Part shown: in pieces, positions 48,500 through 58,441 of the stretch
Layout of the letters: the number at the start of each line of letters is the position of its first letter
How positions within the stretch are numbered: the stretch's first letter is position 1
Assembly (NCBI GenBank): GCA_965217775.1
Contig: CBDCJH010000002.1
Location: 4,096,001 to 4,160,000 of the forward strand
Length of the DNA: 64,000 nucleotides
Reading direction: 5' to 3'
Origin: Acidobacteriota bacterium
Lineage (GTDB): Bacteria; Acidobacteriota; UBA6911; RPQK01; JAJDTT01
The notes under the pieces: generated by a model
Told to the model about the DNA's origin: nothing
What the model saw: the letters and a program-made list of their open reading frames with translations, nothing else
The model's database searches: none
Position numbers and translations under genes: made by a program

Positions 48500-48657
48500 C
48501 AGCCCGTGGCAAAAGTCATCACGGCATTCGACCGTCCCTGCATCCCGGCGGACGGCGTTGCGATTCGGGCACATACTCCCGGTATGCACCCGAATCGCGC
48601 CTTGTCCGGCGGGCGCAGGAACGGTCTCGGTGCTCGCGGGACTTTCACCACGGACTG
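48500..48657 (+). mobile_element. 158-bp MITE (TSD ATAA)
   Basis: ATAA|CAGCCCGTGG...CACGGACTG|ATAA. Confidence 0.93.
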
Positions 48658-48719
48658 ATAAGCACGCCGGTTCGTTGACCGCCTGGGGCGTTGAACCTAT
48701 TCTGCCACCGGGAGGAGAT

Positions 48720-50159
48720 ATGAAAAGAGTTCTTTTGGCATGCCTGCTGGGATCACTGCCGGTGCTGGGTGGGGGATCCTTCGTCGACATCGGATCCGAC
48801 CGTCAGCTCTTTCTGGACCGGGATCTCATCGACGAGATGCGCGGGGCCGAATTCGAGTTGCATCGGCCGGTGCTGCGCGAAGAGGTCCTGCGTTACGACA
48901 AACCGTGGGAGGGGGACACTTCGTGGCACCCCATCGTGATCCGGGACGGGGAACGCTTCCGGATGTGGTACCGGGTCTCCCAAGGCAACCATGACGGCGT
49001 GGCTCAGACGGCCTACGCCGAGAGCAAGGACGGGATTCGTTGGGAGCGCCCCTCGCTGGGACTGGTGGAGTCGAAAGGGTCCACCGACAACAACCTGATC
49101 TGGCCCACGCCCGGCAACCAGGGGATCAACATGTGCGTCTTCAAGGACCCGAACCCCGGCGTGCCGGAGGGGGAACGGTACAAGGCGATCGTGCAGACCC
49201 GTGACCTCCACGGGCTGGTCTCTGCGGACGGACTGCATTGGAAACCGATCCAGCCCGATCCCCTGATCCAACGCCTCCAGGACCAGGTCAACGACGGTCC
49301 TCATGCCGCCTTCTGGGATCCCTGGCAGTCCCGGTACGTCATCTACAAGCGCGGCTGGTGGGGAGCCACCCCGGAAAAGCAACTCGATGCCTCGGGAACC
49401 AGCGGAGAGGCCAATCGGACCATTCGCCGTTTCACCTCCCGGGACTTCCGCACCTGGGACGGCCCCGAATGGGTGGAGATCCCCTTCGGGACCCAACCCC
49501 GGGAACAGTTCTACACCAGCGCCGCCATCCCCTATCCCTGGGCGCGGAACGTCTACCTCATGTTTCCCATGCGCTTCATCCTGGACCGGGAAGGCGAGGG
49601 CTGGCCCTTCCCCGGCATCTCGGACATCTGCCTGCTCAGCAGCCGCGACGGGCTGCGCTGGCGGCGGACCTTCCGGGAGGCCTGGATCCGTCCCGGACTC
49701 GACCGGAACAACTGGCACGAGCGCGCCATGTCCTTCGGCTCGGGCCTGGTCCGGACCGCTCCGGGAGAGCTGTCCATGTACATGACCCACAACTACCGGA
49801 CCCCCGACGCACACATCCGGCGGGTGACGCTGCGGCAGGACGGGTTCATCTCGGTTCATGCCCCCGATCTGGGAGGCGAGTTCACGACCCGGCCGTTGAA
49901 ATTCAAGGGGAGCCGCTTGCGGATCAACTACTCCACCTCGGTCACGGGATCGGTCCGGGTGGAGGTGCTCAACCATTTCTCCCGTCCCGTCCTCGGCTTC
50001 AACCTGAAGGACAGCAGCGAGATCTACGGGGACGAGCTGGACCGGGTCGTCCGCTGGGGGGAGAACGAAGACCTGAGTACACTGGAAGGCCAAGTGGTCC
50101 GCCTCCGCTTCGTCCTGCGCGACGCGAACCTCTATTCCTTCCAGTTTGGTGCGCCGTAG
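48720..50159 (+). CDS. Exported glycoside-hydrolase-like beta-propeller protein
   Basis: GGAGGAG RBS, signal peptide; FRMWY, YAESKDGIRWERP, SADGLHW, LRQDGF. Confidence 0.75.
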   Translation: MKRVLLACLLGSLPVLGGGSFVDIGSDRQLFLDRDLIDEMRGAEFELHRPVLREEVLRYDKPWEGDTSWHPIVIRDGERFRMWYRVSQGNHDGVAQTAYAESKDGIRWERPSLGLVESKGSTDNNLIWPTPGNQGINMCVFKDPNPGVPEGERYKAIVQTRDLHGLVSADGLHWKPIQPDPLIQRLQDQVNDGPHAAFWDPWQSRYVIYKRGWWGATPEKQLDASGTSGEANRTIRRFTSRDFRTWDGPEWVEIPFGTQPREQFYTSAAIPYPWARNVYLMFPMRFILDREGEGWPFPGISDICLLSSRDGLRWRRTFREAWIRPGLDRNNWHERAMSFGSGLVRTAPGELSMYMTHNYRTPDAHIRRVTLRQDGFISVHAPDLGGEFTTRPLKFKGSRLRINYSTSVTGSVRVEVLNHFSRPVLGFNLKDSSEIYGDELDRVVRWGENEDLSTLEGQVVRLRFVLRDANLYSFQFGAP

Positions 50160-50361
50160 GGGTCTGGAGCGGCGGATTTCCGGTCGCCGATTCCATAGAA
50201 GAATTGGAGGACTGAAGTTTCCCCTCCCATATGGGGGACAAGACTGTCCCTTCCTACTGGTCCCTGGGTACATTCTACGGAACAAAATTCGAGGCAAGCC
50301 CATTCAAATCAATGATGTGAAGCGAAGAATCAAGTCAGACAGGCTGGAAGTTCAGTCTAAA

Positions 50362-52392
50362 CGGAACTTCACTTCCGAAATCCGTCTAATCGTTTGTATG
50401 TCAGGAAGATAGACGAAATCAACCTGCCCAATTACTGGCAACAAATCGGGTCGGGTTGACGTCGAGCAGCTCGAAAACCTTCGCCTGCAGCGGCGTCGGC
50501 TTGGCGAACATCGGAAACGGATGCTCCGGAGCGTCCGGCAGGGTCACCTGGTTCAGGGTGAGCGTGCCGAGATCCGCCAGCAGCGTCCGGAGGCTATGCA
50601 CGGGGAGCCCCTCAGCCGTTTGCTTGCGCGCGGCCTTAGCTTTCGTGCGCGCGGACACCTTTGCCTTTTCCACCGGTGAGGTCCGCAACGCTCGCGCCCC
50701 GGGACGATCCTCCTCCTCGAACAGCAGCGGCGCCAGACGCCGCCTCAGGTGCCATTGCAGGTAGTACGCCAGCAGGCACAGAAAGACGTGCCCGCGCACA
50801 TGGTCCTCGCTGTAGACGAAGACCGGGCGCAGGGCCAGCTGCGCCGTCTTGAGCGAGCGAAACGCCCATTCGACCTGGGAGAGGCTTTTGTACGCCTCCA
50901 CCGCCTCCGCAGCCCCGATGTCGGAGGCCTCCAAGCTGGTGCGAATGATGTAGATGCCGTCCAGTCGCGCTTCCGCGTCGATCTTCTCCTGCCGCCTCGA
51001 CCAGCGGATGTCCTCGTCGGTGACTTCAATCAGGAAGTGTTTGTCCACCTTCTTGCGGCTGACGTCCCGGCCCACCCGGCGGTTGATGGCCTCCTGGCCG
51101 CGTAGCCGAGCGTGGGGGGAGCGCACGGCGCTGGCGATGGTCTCCAGGATCTTCTCGGTCGCGCACAGCAGATCCTCGCGCTTGCGGGCCCGCTCCTGCC
51201 GCAAGCGGGGATTGAGGCAGACCAGCAGCCGTTCGCCGGGAAAATCCGGGCTCAGAATCTCCGCGACCCCGTCCGGAACCAACTCGCCCGGCTGCAACGG
51301 CGCCGGTTCCTCGCCCTTCCCGCCCGATTTTGGGGGCCGCATCAGCTTGCGGATGGCGCCCGTTCTCAAGGCCGAGATCCAGGCCAGACCGGCCGGTGAA
51401 AGGTCCTCGCGCAGCCGCGCCGTGGTGAGCATGCCGCGGTCCCCGACCAAAGCGATGGATTCGATGCCGAAGCGCCCCTGGATCTTCTTGACCTGCGCCG
51501 CCACCGTGCTCGGATCCCCGGTGTTGCCCGGGAACACCTCCACGGACAGCGGGCAACCGTCCCCGGCGCAGAGCAGGCCGAAGACGATCTGCTTCTTACC
51601 TTTCTTGCCGTCTCGGTTGTGGCCGAATGCGGCCAGGGAACAGCAGCGCCCCTCGAGATAGCTGGAGGAGACGTCATAAAGCAAAAGTGTCCGGCCCTCC
51701 AGGTGGCGCCGCGCCAAGCTCTTCTCGATCCAGACTTGGCGGCTCAGCAACCAGTCGAGCATCTGAAGCATCTCGTTGCCGCGGACCGGACCGAGGCCGA
51801 GGACGGGGCCGAGGCTGCTGGTGGCGGTCTCCGGAGACAGGCCCCGGGCGGTGGCGAGCTTGGAGGCGGGTTGGAGCACCCGGGCGACGAGGGCGGCGAG
51901 GGCAAGGTCGCGGTTGCGGCTGCGTTTGCGGTGCAGGAGGCGTTCGAGACCGAGTTGGCGGCCAAGACCGAGGAGGGCGGCGACATGACCATGGGGAAGG
52001 GCGCGGCGGATGGCGAGGTCATCGTCGAGGGGGCGATAGACTTGGCCCCCCTTGAGCAGGGCGCGGATGCCGTCGACGATCTCCGGGGGGAGCTTGGAGA
52101 GGTTGGCGAGGGTGGTGCGGCGGATGCGCTTGCCCTCGCGTTTGGCGTGGCGGAAGAGGATGGCGGGTGGGCTGTTGCGGTTGGGGATGACATCGACGTG
52201 GTAGGACATGGTGGAGAGGCCTCTTACATGGAAACAATATCAATCACTGATACTCCTACCATATAAGGGAATACTGACATAATATGCGAGTCCGTACATG
52301 GAAACAAATATCCAGTTGGAGGCTCGGGCTAAGGAACCGTAAACCGCGCTATTTCAATGATTTACTATGGCTTGAGCGGCAGTGAAGTTCCG
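50362..52392 (-). mobile_element. Complete IS1634-family element
   Basis: TIRs CGGAACTTCACT(T/G)CCG; 6-bp TSD TCTAAA at 50356-50361 and 52393-52398. Confidence 0.9.
50419..52209 (-). CDS. IS1634-family DDE transposase
   Basis: LYDVSSSY, GHNRDGK, VGDRGM, YKSLSQVEWAFRSLK, HVFLCLLAYY. Confidence 0.95.
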   Translation of the reverse strand: MSYHVDVIPNRNSPPAILFRHAKREGKRIRRTTLANLSKLPPEIVDGIRALLKGGQVYRPLDDDLAIRRALPHGHVAALLGLGRQLGLERLLHRKRSRNRDLALAALVARVLQPASKLATARGLSPETATSSLGPVLGLGPVRGNEMLQMLDWLLSRQVWIEKSLARRHLEGRTLLLYDVSSSYLEGRCCSLAAFGHNRDGKKGKKQIVFGLLCAGDGCPLSVEVFPGNTGDPSTVAAQVKKIQGRFGIESIALVGDRGMLTTARLREDLSPAGLAWISALRTGAIRKLMRPPKSGGKGEEPAPLQPGELVPDGVAEILSPDFPGERLLVCLNPRLRQERARKREDLLCATEKILETIASAVRSPHARLRGQEAINRRVGRDVSRKKVDKHFLIEVTDEDIRWSRRQEKIDAEARLDGIYIIRTSLEASDIGAAEAVEAYKSLSQVEWAFRSLKTAQLALRPVFVYSEDHVRGHVFLCLLAYYLQWHLRRRLAPLLFEEEDRPGARALRTSPVEKAKVSARTKAKAARKQTAEGLPVHSLRTLLADLGTLTLNQVTLPDAPEHPFPMFAKPTPLQAKVFELLDVNPTRFVASNWAG

Positions 52393-52393
52393 T

Positions 52394-52606
52394 CTAAAGG
52401 AGATCCTTGAACTGTTGCACCGTCAAGCCAGCATCTTGAACGACGCCACCCATCGTATAGGCATTAACCGGATTGTGGCGAGGAATTGTGAGTAGCCGCC
52501 TTCCGTCGCTCATGACCACGTGCTTACCTTGATTCACGATCTGGAAACCAGCTTTCTCAAGCGCACGAACCGCCCGAAGGTGATTAATTCCTGGGATCTT
52601 CGGCAC
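52394..52606 (-). CDS. hicA: HicA-family toxin
   Basis: ALEKAGF..QGKHVVM..LTIPRH; GTG start just after the hicB stop. Confidence 0.9.
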   Translation of the reverse strand: MPKIPGINHLRAVRALEKAGFQIVNQGKHVVMSDGRRLLTIPRHNPVNAYTMGGVVQDAGLTVQQFKDLL

Positions 52607-52607
52607 G

Positions 52608-52805
52608 CTAGACGGCGACCTCAACCTCTCGGGTTTGTTGTCCCTCAGAGATTTTCTTTACCGCCGTCAGGTACTCCTGAATCGCAGACCTAATATTTTC
52701 GAGGGCTTCCGCTTCTGTCTTACCCTGTGACCAGCACCCGGGAAGTCCAGGACACGAAATGCTATAGCCTTCTTCCGATCGCATAAGAACTACTCGGTAT
52801 TTCAT
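52608..52805 (-). CDS. hicB: Short HicB-family antitoxin
   Basis: GYSISCPGLPGCWSQGKTEAEALENIRSAI. Confidence 0.92.
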   Translation of the reverse strand: MKYRVVLMRSEEGYSISCPGLPGCWSQGKTEAEALENIRSAIQEYLTAVKKISEGQQTREVEVAV

Positions 52806-52922
52806 GTTCTATCCATTCTGCACTGAAGACCTTTGATCATACAGCCGACTTCTGCCTGGACTTTCTCTGTTTTTCTGGAGGTTCAATCTCCGTTTCCGGG
52901 CGGTTGGGGAGTGCGCCCCCTT

Positions 52923-54392
52923 CTACGTCCCCGATTCCGGCCCCACCGGAGCCCAGCGGAAGCACCCGTACTGCGACTCGTAAAGATTGTAGTCTCCGGT
53001 ACTTCGAGCGATCTCCCACATGCCCGCGGCCATCTCCCGGCACAGCGGCCCGCGGCTCCCGGCCAGGTTGTGCAGCTCGTGTGGGTCCCGCTCCAAGTCG
53101 TAGATCTCGTCTTCATCGAAGGCGTTGAAGACGTACTTGTGCCGCCCACGCCAGAGGACCCTCTGAGTGTAGGCCATCCGCTGTCCCTGCATCTCGGCGT
53201 AGGCTTGTGAATCCCAGCCGGAGCCGTCTCCCCCCAACAGCGGACGCAGCGAACGGCCGTGGCAGGAAAAGCCCTCTCCCAGCATCAGCTCCATCAGGGT
53301 CGGAGCCACGTCCAGCAGGCTGACGATCCCGGGGGCCTCCTGCCCCGGTCTCACCCCCGGACCCTTCAGGATCAAAGGCACACGATACGCTTCCTCGAAG
53401 GCGGGGACCCCCTTGAGCATCAGGCGGTGGGCGCCCATGTAGTCGCCATGGTCCGACAGGAACAGGACCAACGTATTCTCCGACTGCTCCGTCTCCTCCA
53501 AGACCCTCAGAACCCTCCCGACCTGGTCGTCGATGAGGGAGCAGAAGGCGTAGTAGCAGGCGGTGGCCTCGGCGAAGTCGGACCATCGCATCTGGTCCCA
53601 GACGCTCTGCATCCGCCGGTAGATGGCGGGACGATGGGCCAGATCGTCGTGGAAACTGGAGGGAGGAGTCAGGGCACGGGCGTCGTAGAGACGCCGGTAC
53701 TCCCTCGGTACGACGTAGGGGTCATGGGGCCCGACCGTGCTCAGGAAGAGGCACCAGGGCTGCTCCTGCCGGGCCGACCCGGTCAGAAAGTCGATCCCGC
53801 GAGAGAAGACGTAGTGCTCGCCGGTGCCTTCCACGGGCTCGTCCACGACGCCGTGCAACAGCAGGTCCTTATAGCCGCGGTGGCGAACCATGCCCCTCCG
53901 CTCCCAACGGCGGTCCTCTTCGGGGAGTCCCAGGCGCCGACGGCGCTCCAGGTAGCCGGCGTTGGGAACCCTCCGGCAACCCACCTCGGCCGCCTCGAAA
54001 CTCTCCATCAGCTCGTAGGTATCGAACCCGAACCGCTCCAGCCGGTTCGAGCGCTCGATGTGCCATTTCCCGAAGTAGCCGGTGCGATACCCGGCCTCCC
54101 GGAGCCGCCGGCTCCAGAAGGGTAGTCCCGGCTTCAGGTCGGCGCGATAGGGTTCCACCGTATGGGTGCAGTCGACCATCCCGTGGCTGTGGGGCAGGAG
54201 ACCTGTCATCAGGCTGGCGCGGCTGGGCGAGCAGATGGGGTTGGTAGAGTAGCAGCGCAGGAAACGCGTTCCCCCGGCGGCCAGCTCGTCCAGGTTGGGG
54301 GTCCGGCAGGGAGAGGAGGGAGCTACAGTGTCGGCACGCTGCTGATCGGTCATCAGCACCAGCAGATTGGGTCGGGGCAAGCGTCCTCCCAT
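52923..54392 (-). CDS. Formylglycine-dependent sulfatase
   Basis: PNLLVLMTDQQR, CSPSRASLMTG, GKWH, PHDP, SDHGD. Confidence 0.93.
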   Translation of the reverse strand: MGGRLPRPNLLVLMTDQQRADTVAPSSPCRTPNLDELAAGGTRFLRCYSTNPICSPSRASLMTGLLPHSHGMVDCTHTVEPYRADLKPGLPFWSRRLREAGYRTGYFGKWHIERSNRLERFGFDTYELMESFEAAEVGCRRVPNAGYLERRRRLGLPEEDRRWERRGMVRHRGYKDLLLHGVVDEPVEGTGEHYVFSRGIDFLTGSARQEQPWCLFLSTVGPHDPYVVPREYRRLYDARALTPPSSFHDDLAHRPAIYRRMQSVWDQMRWSDFAEATACYYAFCSLIDDQVGRVLRVLEETEQSENTLVLFLSDHGDYMGAHRLMLKGVPAFEEAYRVPLILKGPGVRPGQEAPGIVSLLDVAPTLMELMLGEGFSCHGRSLRPLLGGDGSGWDSQAYAEMQGQRMAYTQRVLWRGRHKYVFNAFDEDEIYDLERDPHELHNLAGSRGPLCREMAAGMWEIARSTGDYNLYESQYGCFRWAPVGPESGT

Positions 54393-54406
54393 CGGGCAAG
54401 CTACCT

Positions 54407-54872
54407 GGAGCTTATATATCTGACTTGACGTCAGCACACCGTTCCGGCGCCACGTTCGGCCCGCTGGCCCACGTTTCGGCACCCAGGGCAAGAACCCCCG
54501 CCCTGAGAATGTTCAGGGCTGCATTGTGGTCCCTGTCCATTCTGAGATCACAGGCTGAGCAGCGATACGTTTCGCTCCTTCCCGGTCGATTCCGGGCGCC
54601 ACAACGGTGACAGTCCTGCGACGTGTATTTCGGGTTGACTTCCACGAACTCCCGACCGGCCCATTCTGCCTTGTACTGGAGTTGATTCCGCAGCAGCCCC
54701 CATTGCTGTGAGAGCATTTCTCGATTCAGGCCCTTCCGCTTCAGGCCCTTCGTCGACATCCCCTTGATGTCCAACTTCTCCACCGCAATCAGTCCGTTCT
54801 TGCGGATGATCTCAGTGGTCTGCCGGTGACAGGCGTTCCGGTTGCGGACACCCTCTTAGATATTTAAGCCCC
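54407..54872 (-). mobile_element. TIR-bounded mini-element carrying the 3' part of tnpB
   Basis: GGAGCTTATATATCTGA vs the reverse complement of the right end GGGGCTTAAATATCTAA (14/17). Confidence 0.6.
54412..54849 (-). pseudogene. tnpB: TnpB C-terminal fragment
   Basis: IAVEKL (RuvC-II), YTSQDCHRCG..CSAC Zn finger, DRDHNAALNI (RuvC-III); RuvC-I and N-terminus missing. Confidence 0.9.
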
Positions 54873-55021
54873 TACCACACTATTATTGGGCTGTCCCTGT
54901 GTTCCAGCCCTCGACCCAGTCTACCAAGCCTCGACCTTCGGCTTGGCATTCGGTAGAAAAGTCCTGTCCGAGCGTCCCCTTTTAGGATCGTGGATTCCTT
55001 TCGCTTTCGTGAGGAGGCAGA

Positions 55022-56677
55022 TTGTCAAGAGACCACAAACAGGCCGCCATCCTCTTGCTGGTCCTGCTGGCTGGCATTGCTCTGGGCGCAACCCTGCAGA
55101 AATCAGGCTTTCTGAAGCTTCCGGGCCGGCAGACGCCAGCCCAAATTGGTTTCGAAGCCACCACGGGCATCTCGGTGCAGACCGCCGTTCCGCAGGTGGT
55201 GGAGGAGGCCACCCTCTTTGCCTTCGACAACGTCTCGATTCCTTTTCACCGAAACCTGTACCTCTCCATGCATTCCGGCCGGAAGCATCCCCGGAACCCC
55301 GTCATCAGCCGGGAGGAGGGCCGGCCGGATGAAGCCCGGGCTCAATATCTGGGAACCGTGCTGCGTCACGAAGGCAGATTCAGAATGTGGTACGTGGCTG
55401 CCGACAGGGAGAGCTTCCGTGCCTTCAGCACGCAGGGTGTCATGACCGGCTGGAGGGTGGCGTATGCGGAGAGCGAGGATGGCGTCCATTGGAGAAAACC
55501 CAACTTGGGCCTGGTCGAATACGCCGGAAATCGCGACAACAACCTGGTTCTGGTGGACCCGCCCGAGTTGAGCGTGATCGCGGGGCTGACCATCCTTTAC
55601 GAACCGGAGGACCCGAATCCCTCCCGGCGATTCAAGATGATGGCCGCCGCCCCTGCCGAGAGGACGAAGACCACGGCGGTTCCGCTCTACAGCGGCGACG
55701 GCCTGCGCTGGCGGCCGGCCCGGGAGACGAAGCTGATCCGGAAACGCGAGGGGAAGTGGCTCGCCTGGAGGGTGCCGGAGGAAAATCTCGCGATTCCCGA
55801 GTTCCTGGAACACGCCGGGCTCTACAAATGGGATGGGATGTACTACGTCGCCGGGCAGCAGATCAGTCCCTGGGTATGGCTGTGGGACGGTCAACCCTCC
55901 GGTCGAGTGATGTCCATCTTCCGGTCATCGGATTTCGTCGAATGGTCGGATACGAAGTCCCTGTCGTTCGTACGCTACGGCTACCGCTCGATGCCGACCA
56001 ATGCGGGGGAAGAGTCTCACGAGCCCGCCAGCGTCTGGAATCGCGGCAATGTGCTGCTGGGGACCTACGGACAGTTTCACGGTGTTCCCGGGTCGCCGGC
56101 CCATCCCATGGACCTGGGTCTGCTCATCAGCAACGACGGCATCCATTTCCGGGAGCCGGTTCCCGATTTCGTATTCCTGCCCCGAGGAGAGCCTCGGAGT
56201 TGGGAAGGTGGAGGACTGCTCCAAGGGCAGGGGTTCGAGAATGTGGGAGACGAGACCTACATCTGGTATGGCGGTTGGGACAACGACGTCACCCGACCCG
56301 ATACCTACGGGGAGATCGGATTGGCGCGCTGGCGCAGAGATGGCTTCGGCTCCTTGTCAGTCAAGAATCCGGAGCGTCCGGCGGCGATCGTCACCTGTCC
56401 CATCCAGGCCCGGGGAGCGGTCACGATTCAACTCAACGCGGAGGGACTCTCGGACCGGGCCTGGTTGCGGGTCGAACTTCTGGATCGGGCAGAGCGGCCG
56501 CTTTCGGGATACTCCGGCGGTGACTCTGCGACCGTCTACAAATCGGGTTTGAGGGAGCCGGTCTCCTGGAAGGGCAAGAAGCGGGTCCCGGGACTTTCGA
56601 GTGGGTTCAAGATCCGGGTCAACTTCGAAGGGGAGAGACAGGACATCAGGCTCTACGCCCTCTACGTCGGCGGGTGA
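55022..56677 (+). CDS. Exported glycoside-hydrolase-like beta-propeller protein (paralog of 48720)
   Basis: FRMWY, YAESEDGVHWRKPNLGLVE, SGDGLRW, RRDGF. Confidence 0.75.
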   Translation: MSRDHKQAAILLLVLLAGIALGATLQKSGFLKLPGRQTPAQIGFEATTGISVQTAVPQVVEEATLFAFDNVSIPFHRNLYLSMHSGRKHPRNPVISREEGRPDEARAQYLGTVLRHEGRFRMWYVAADRESFRAFSTQGVMTGWRVAYAESEDGVHWRKPNLGLVEYAGNRDNNLVLVDPPELSVIAGLTILYEPEDPNPSRRFKMMAAAPAERTKTTAVPLYSGDGLRWRPARETKLIRKREGKWLAWRVPEENLAIPEFLEHAGLYKWDGMYYVAGQQISPWVWLWDGQPSGRVMSIFRSSDFVEWSDTKSLSFVRYGYRSMPTNAGEESHEPASVWNRGNVLLGTYGQFHGVPGSPAHPMDLGLLISNDGIHFREPVPDFVFLPRGEPRSWEGGGLLQGQGFENVGDETYIWYGGWDNDVTRPDTYGEIGLARWRRDGFGSLSVKNPERPAAIVTCPIQARGAVTIQLNAEGLSDRAWLRVELLDRAERPLSGYSGGDSATVYKSGLREPVSWKGKKRVPGLSSGFKIRVNFEGERQDIRLYALYVGG

Positions 56678-56701
56678 AAGGATCAGACGCCGAAATCCCG
56701 A

Positions 56702-58294
56702 TCAGGCGTCGGCGCAGGGGCGATTGGAAATCGCCCCTCCCCCCAGATCCCGAAGGATGGCGTGGGCCGCATTGTGACCGGGCGCTCCCGAGACCTCGCC
56801 GCCCGGGTGGGTGCCGGCGCCGCAGAGCCACAGGTCCGGGATGGGAGTCTTGTACTCGGCCCAGCCGCTGAGCGGCCGGCGGGAGAAGACCTGACTCGGT
56901 GTCATGTCCAGGTGGTGGATGTTGCCGTCGGTCAGGTAGACGCGGCGCTCCAGGTCGGGCGGCGTCAGGAGCATCCAATCCGCGATGGCCTCCCGAAAGT
57001 TGGGAGCGTATGCCGCAACCGCGTCGATCAGAGCTTCTCCCGCCTGTTCCCGGCGCTCGTCCCAGTTGCCTCGGGCGAGGCGGACCGGCGCGTACTCGGC
57101 GAAGATGGACAGGACGTGCTTGCCCGGCGGGCAGATGCTGCGATCGTAGATCGAGGGGATCTGGATGGACATGACGGGCTGCCTCGAGGGGCGGCCCCGC
57201 CGGGCGTCCCGCCACGCCCGACGCACGTGGTCGATGGAGGGGCAGATCCAGACGCGGGTCGTGATGCGCGGATCGTAGTCCCTCCCCAGATAGGAGGAGA
57301 AGTCGGGCAACTCGTTCATGGCGGCGTGGAACTTGAAATATCCGATCTCGGTCCGGCGGCCACGGACCCGCCGGCGGAAACCGGCAGGGAGGTGTTGGGG
57401 TTCGACCAGTCTCAGGAAGGTGCGCTTGGGATCGGCGTTGGAGACGACCAGACGGCTGCGGATCGTCTCTCCGCTGGTCAATTCGACGCCTTGCGCCCGG
57501 CCGTCCTCCACCAGGACGCGGCGGACCTCGCACCCGGTTCGTATGGTCCCGCCCTGGCTCTTCAGATAACCGGCCATGGCCCGCGTGACGGAGCCCATCC
57601 CCCCTTTGACGATGCCCACGATCCGCCGTTCGGGCTCCACGTCGCCGGGCAGGAAGGCCACGGGCAGGGCGCTGCCGACGGAGCGGGGGTCACCGTGGTC
57701 GCCGGAATTGATCACCGCGGCCCGGACATGCTCCGACTCGAAGAACTCCTCGACCAGGTCGGCGTGGCTGATGGTCAGGACCTTCTTGTAGATCTCCTCG
57801 TTGCCCGTCTCCCGCGCCCGCCGCGCCAGATCGCGGTGGGTCGGAGGTGGCGTGAGCACATAGGGGTGCACGATGGCATCGAACCGTTCCCAGAACCGGT
57901 TCCAGCGCCGGTAGCTCTCCGCGTCCCGCCGGGAGAAAGCACCGATGGCCTCCGCGTTGCGCTCCGGGTCCTGGTGCAGCACCAGATATCGGCCGTCGAG
58001 GTAGGGACGAAACGCGAAGGGTTCGAGTTGAAAGACCTCGAAACCGTATCGATGCAGCTCCAGGTCTTCCGCAATCCTGGGGTGCAGGGCGTAGAGCATG
58101 AAGGAACAACTGGAGAAGTGGAAACCGGGGAAGAGTTCTTCGGTGACACAGGCCCCGCCGACCAGCGATCGCCGCTCCAGGACCTGAACCTCCAGCCCGG
58201 CCCGCGCCAGATAACCGCCCGCGACCAGCCCATTGTGCCCCGCCCCTACGATGAGGACGTCGACTTCCTGCGCTTTTCCGTCGACCGCTTTCAT
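56702..58294 (-). CDS. Phytoene-dehydrogenase-like FAD oxidoreductase
   Basis: IVGAGHNGLV..LERR..GGA; GGMG; LCGAGTHPGGEVSGAPGHNAA. Confidence 0.92.
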   Translation of the reverse strand: MKAVDGKAQEVDVLIVGAGHNGLVAGGYLARAGLEVQVLERRSLVGGACVTEELFPGFHFSSCSFMLYALHPRIAEDLELHRYGFEVFQLEPFAFRPYLDGRYLVLHQDPERNAEAIGAFSRRDAESYRRWNRFWERFDAIVHPYVLTPPPTHRDLARRARETGNEEIYKKVLTISHADLVEEFFESEHVRAAVINSGDHGDPRSVGSALPVAFLPGDVEPERRIVGIVKGGMGSVTRAMAGYLKSQGGTIRTGCEVRRVLVEDGRAQGVELTSGETIRSRLVVSNADPKRTFLRLVEPQHLPAGFRRRVRGRRTEIGYFKFHAAMNELPDFSSYLGRDYDPRITTRVWICPSIDHVRRAWRDARRGRPSRQPVMSIQIPSIYDRSICPPGKHVLSIFAEYAPVRLARGNWDERREQAGEALIDAVAAYAPNFREAIADWMLLTPPDLERRVYLTDGNIHHLDMTPSQVFSRRPLSGWAEYKTPIPDLWLCGAGTHPGGEVSGAPGHNAAHAILRDLGGGAISNRPCADA

Positions 58295-58441
58295 CTTCGT
58301 TCCTTCGTCCCGGGCTCTTTCTCCCTGAGGGTAGCCAGTTGCGCTTCTGTCGTCGCTCCAGGCCGAGTCAAGGTCGAGGCCCGGGGACCGCATTCTGAAG
58401 CCGTTTGACCGCAGACTCAATTCCTGTGAGGATGCGGGTTC

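Noticed and set aside
48372-48719. N-terminal extension of the 595-aa ORF
   Set aside because: Read-through of the open MITE; RBS and signal peptide point to ATG 48720.
54412-54849. Functional TnpB/Cas12-like nuclease
   Set aside because: RuvC-I and the N-terminal lobe are missing; no array nearby.
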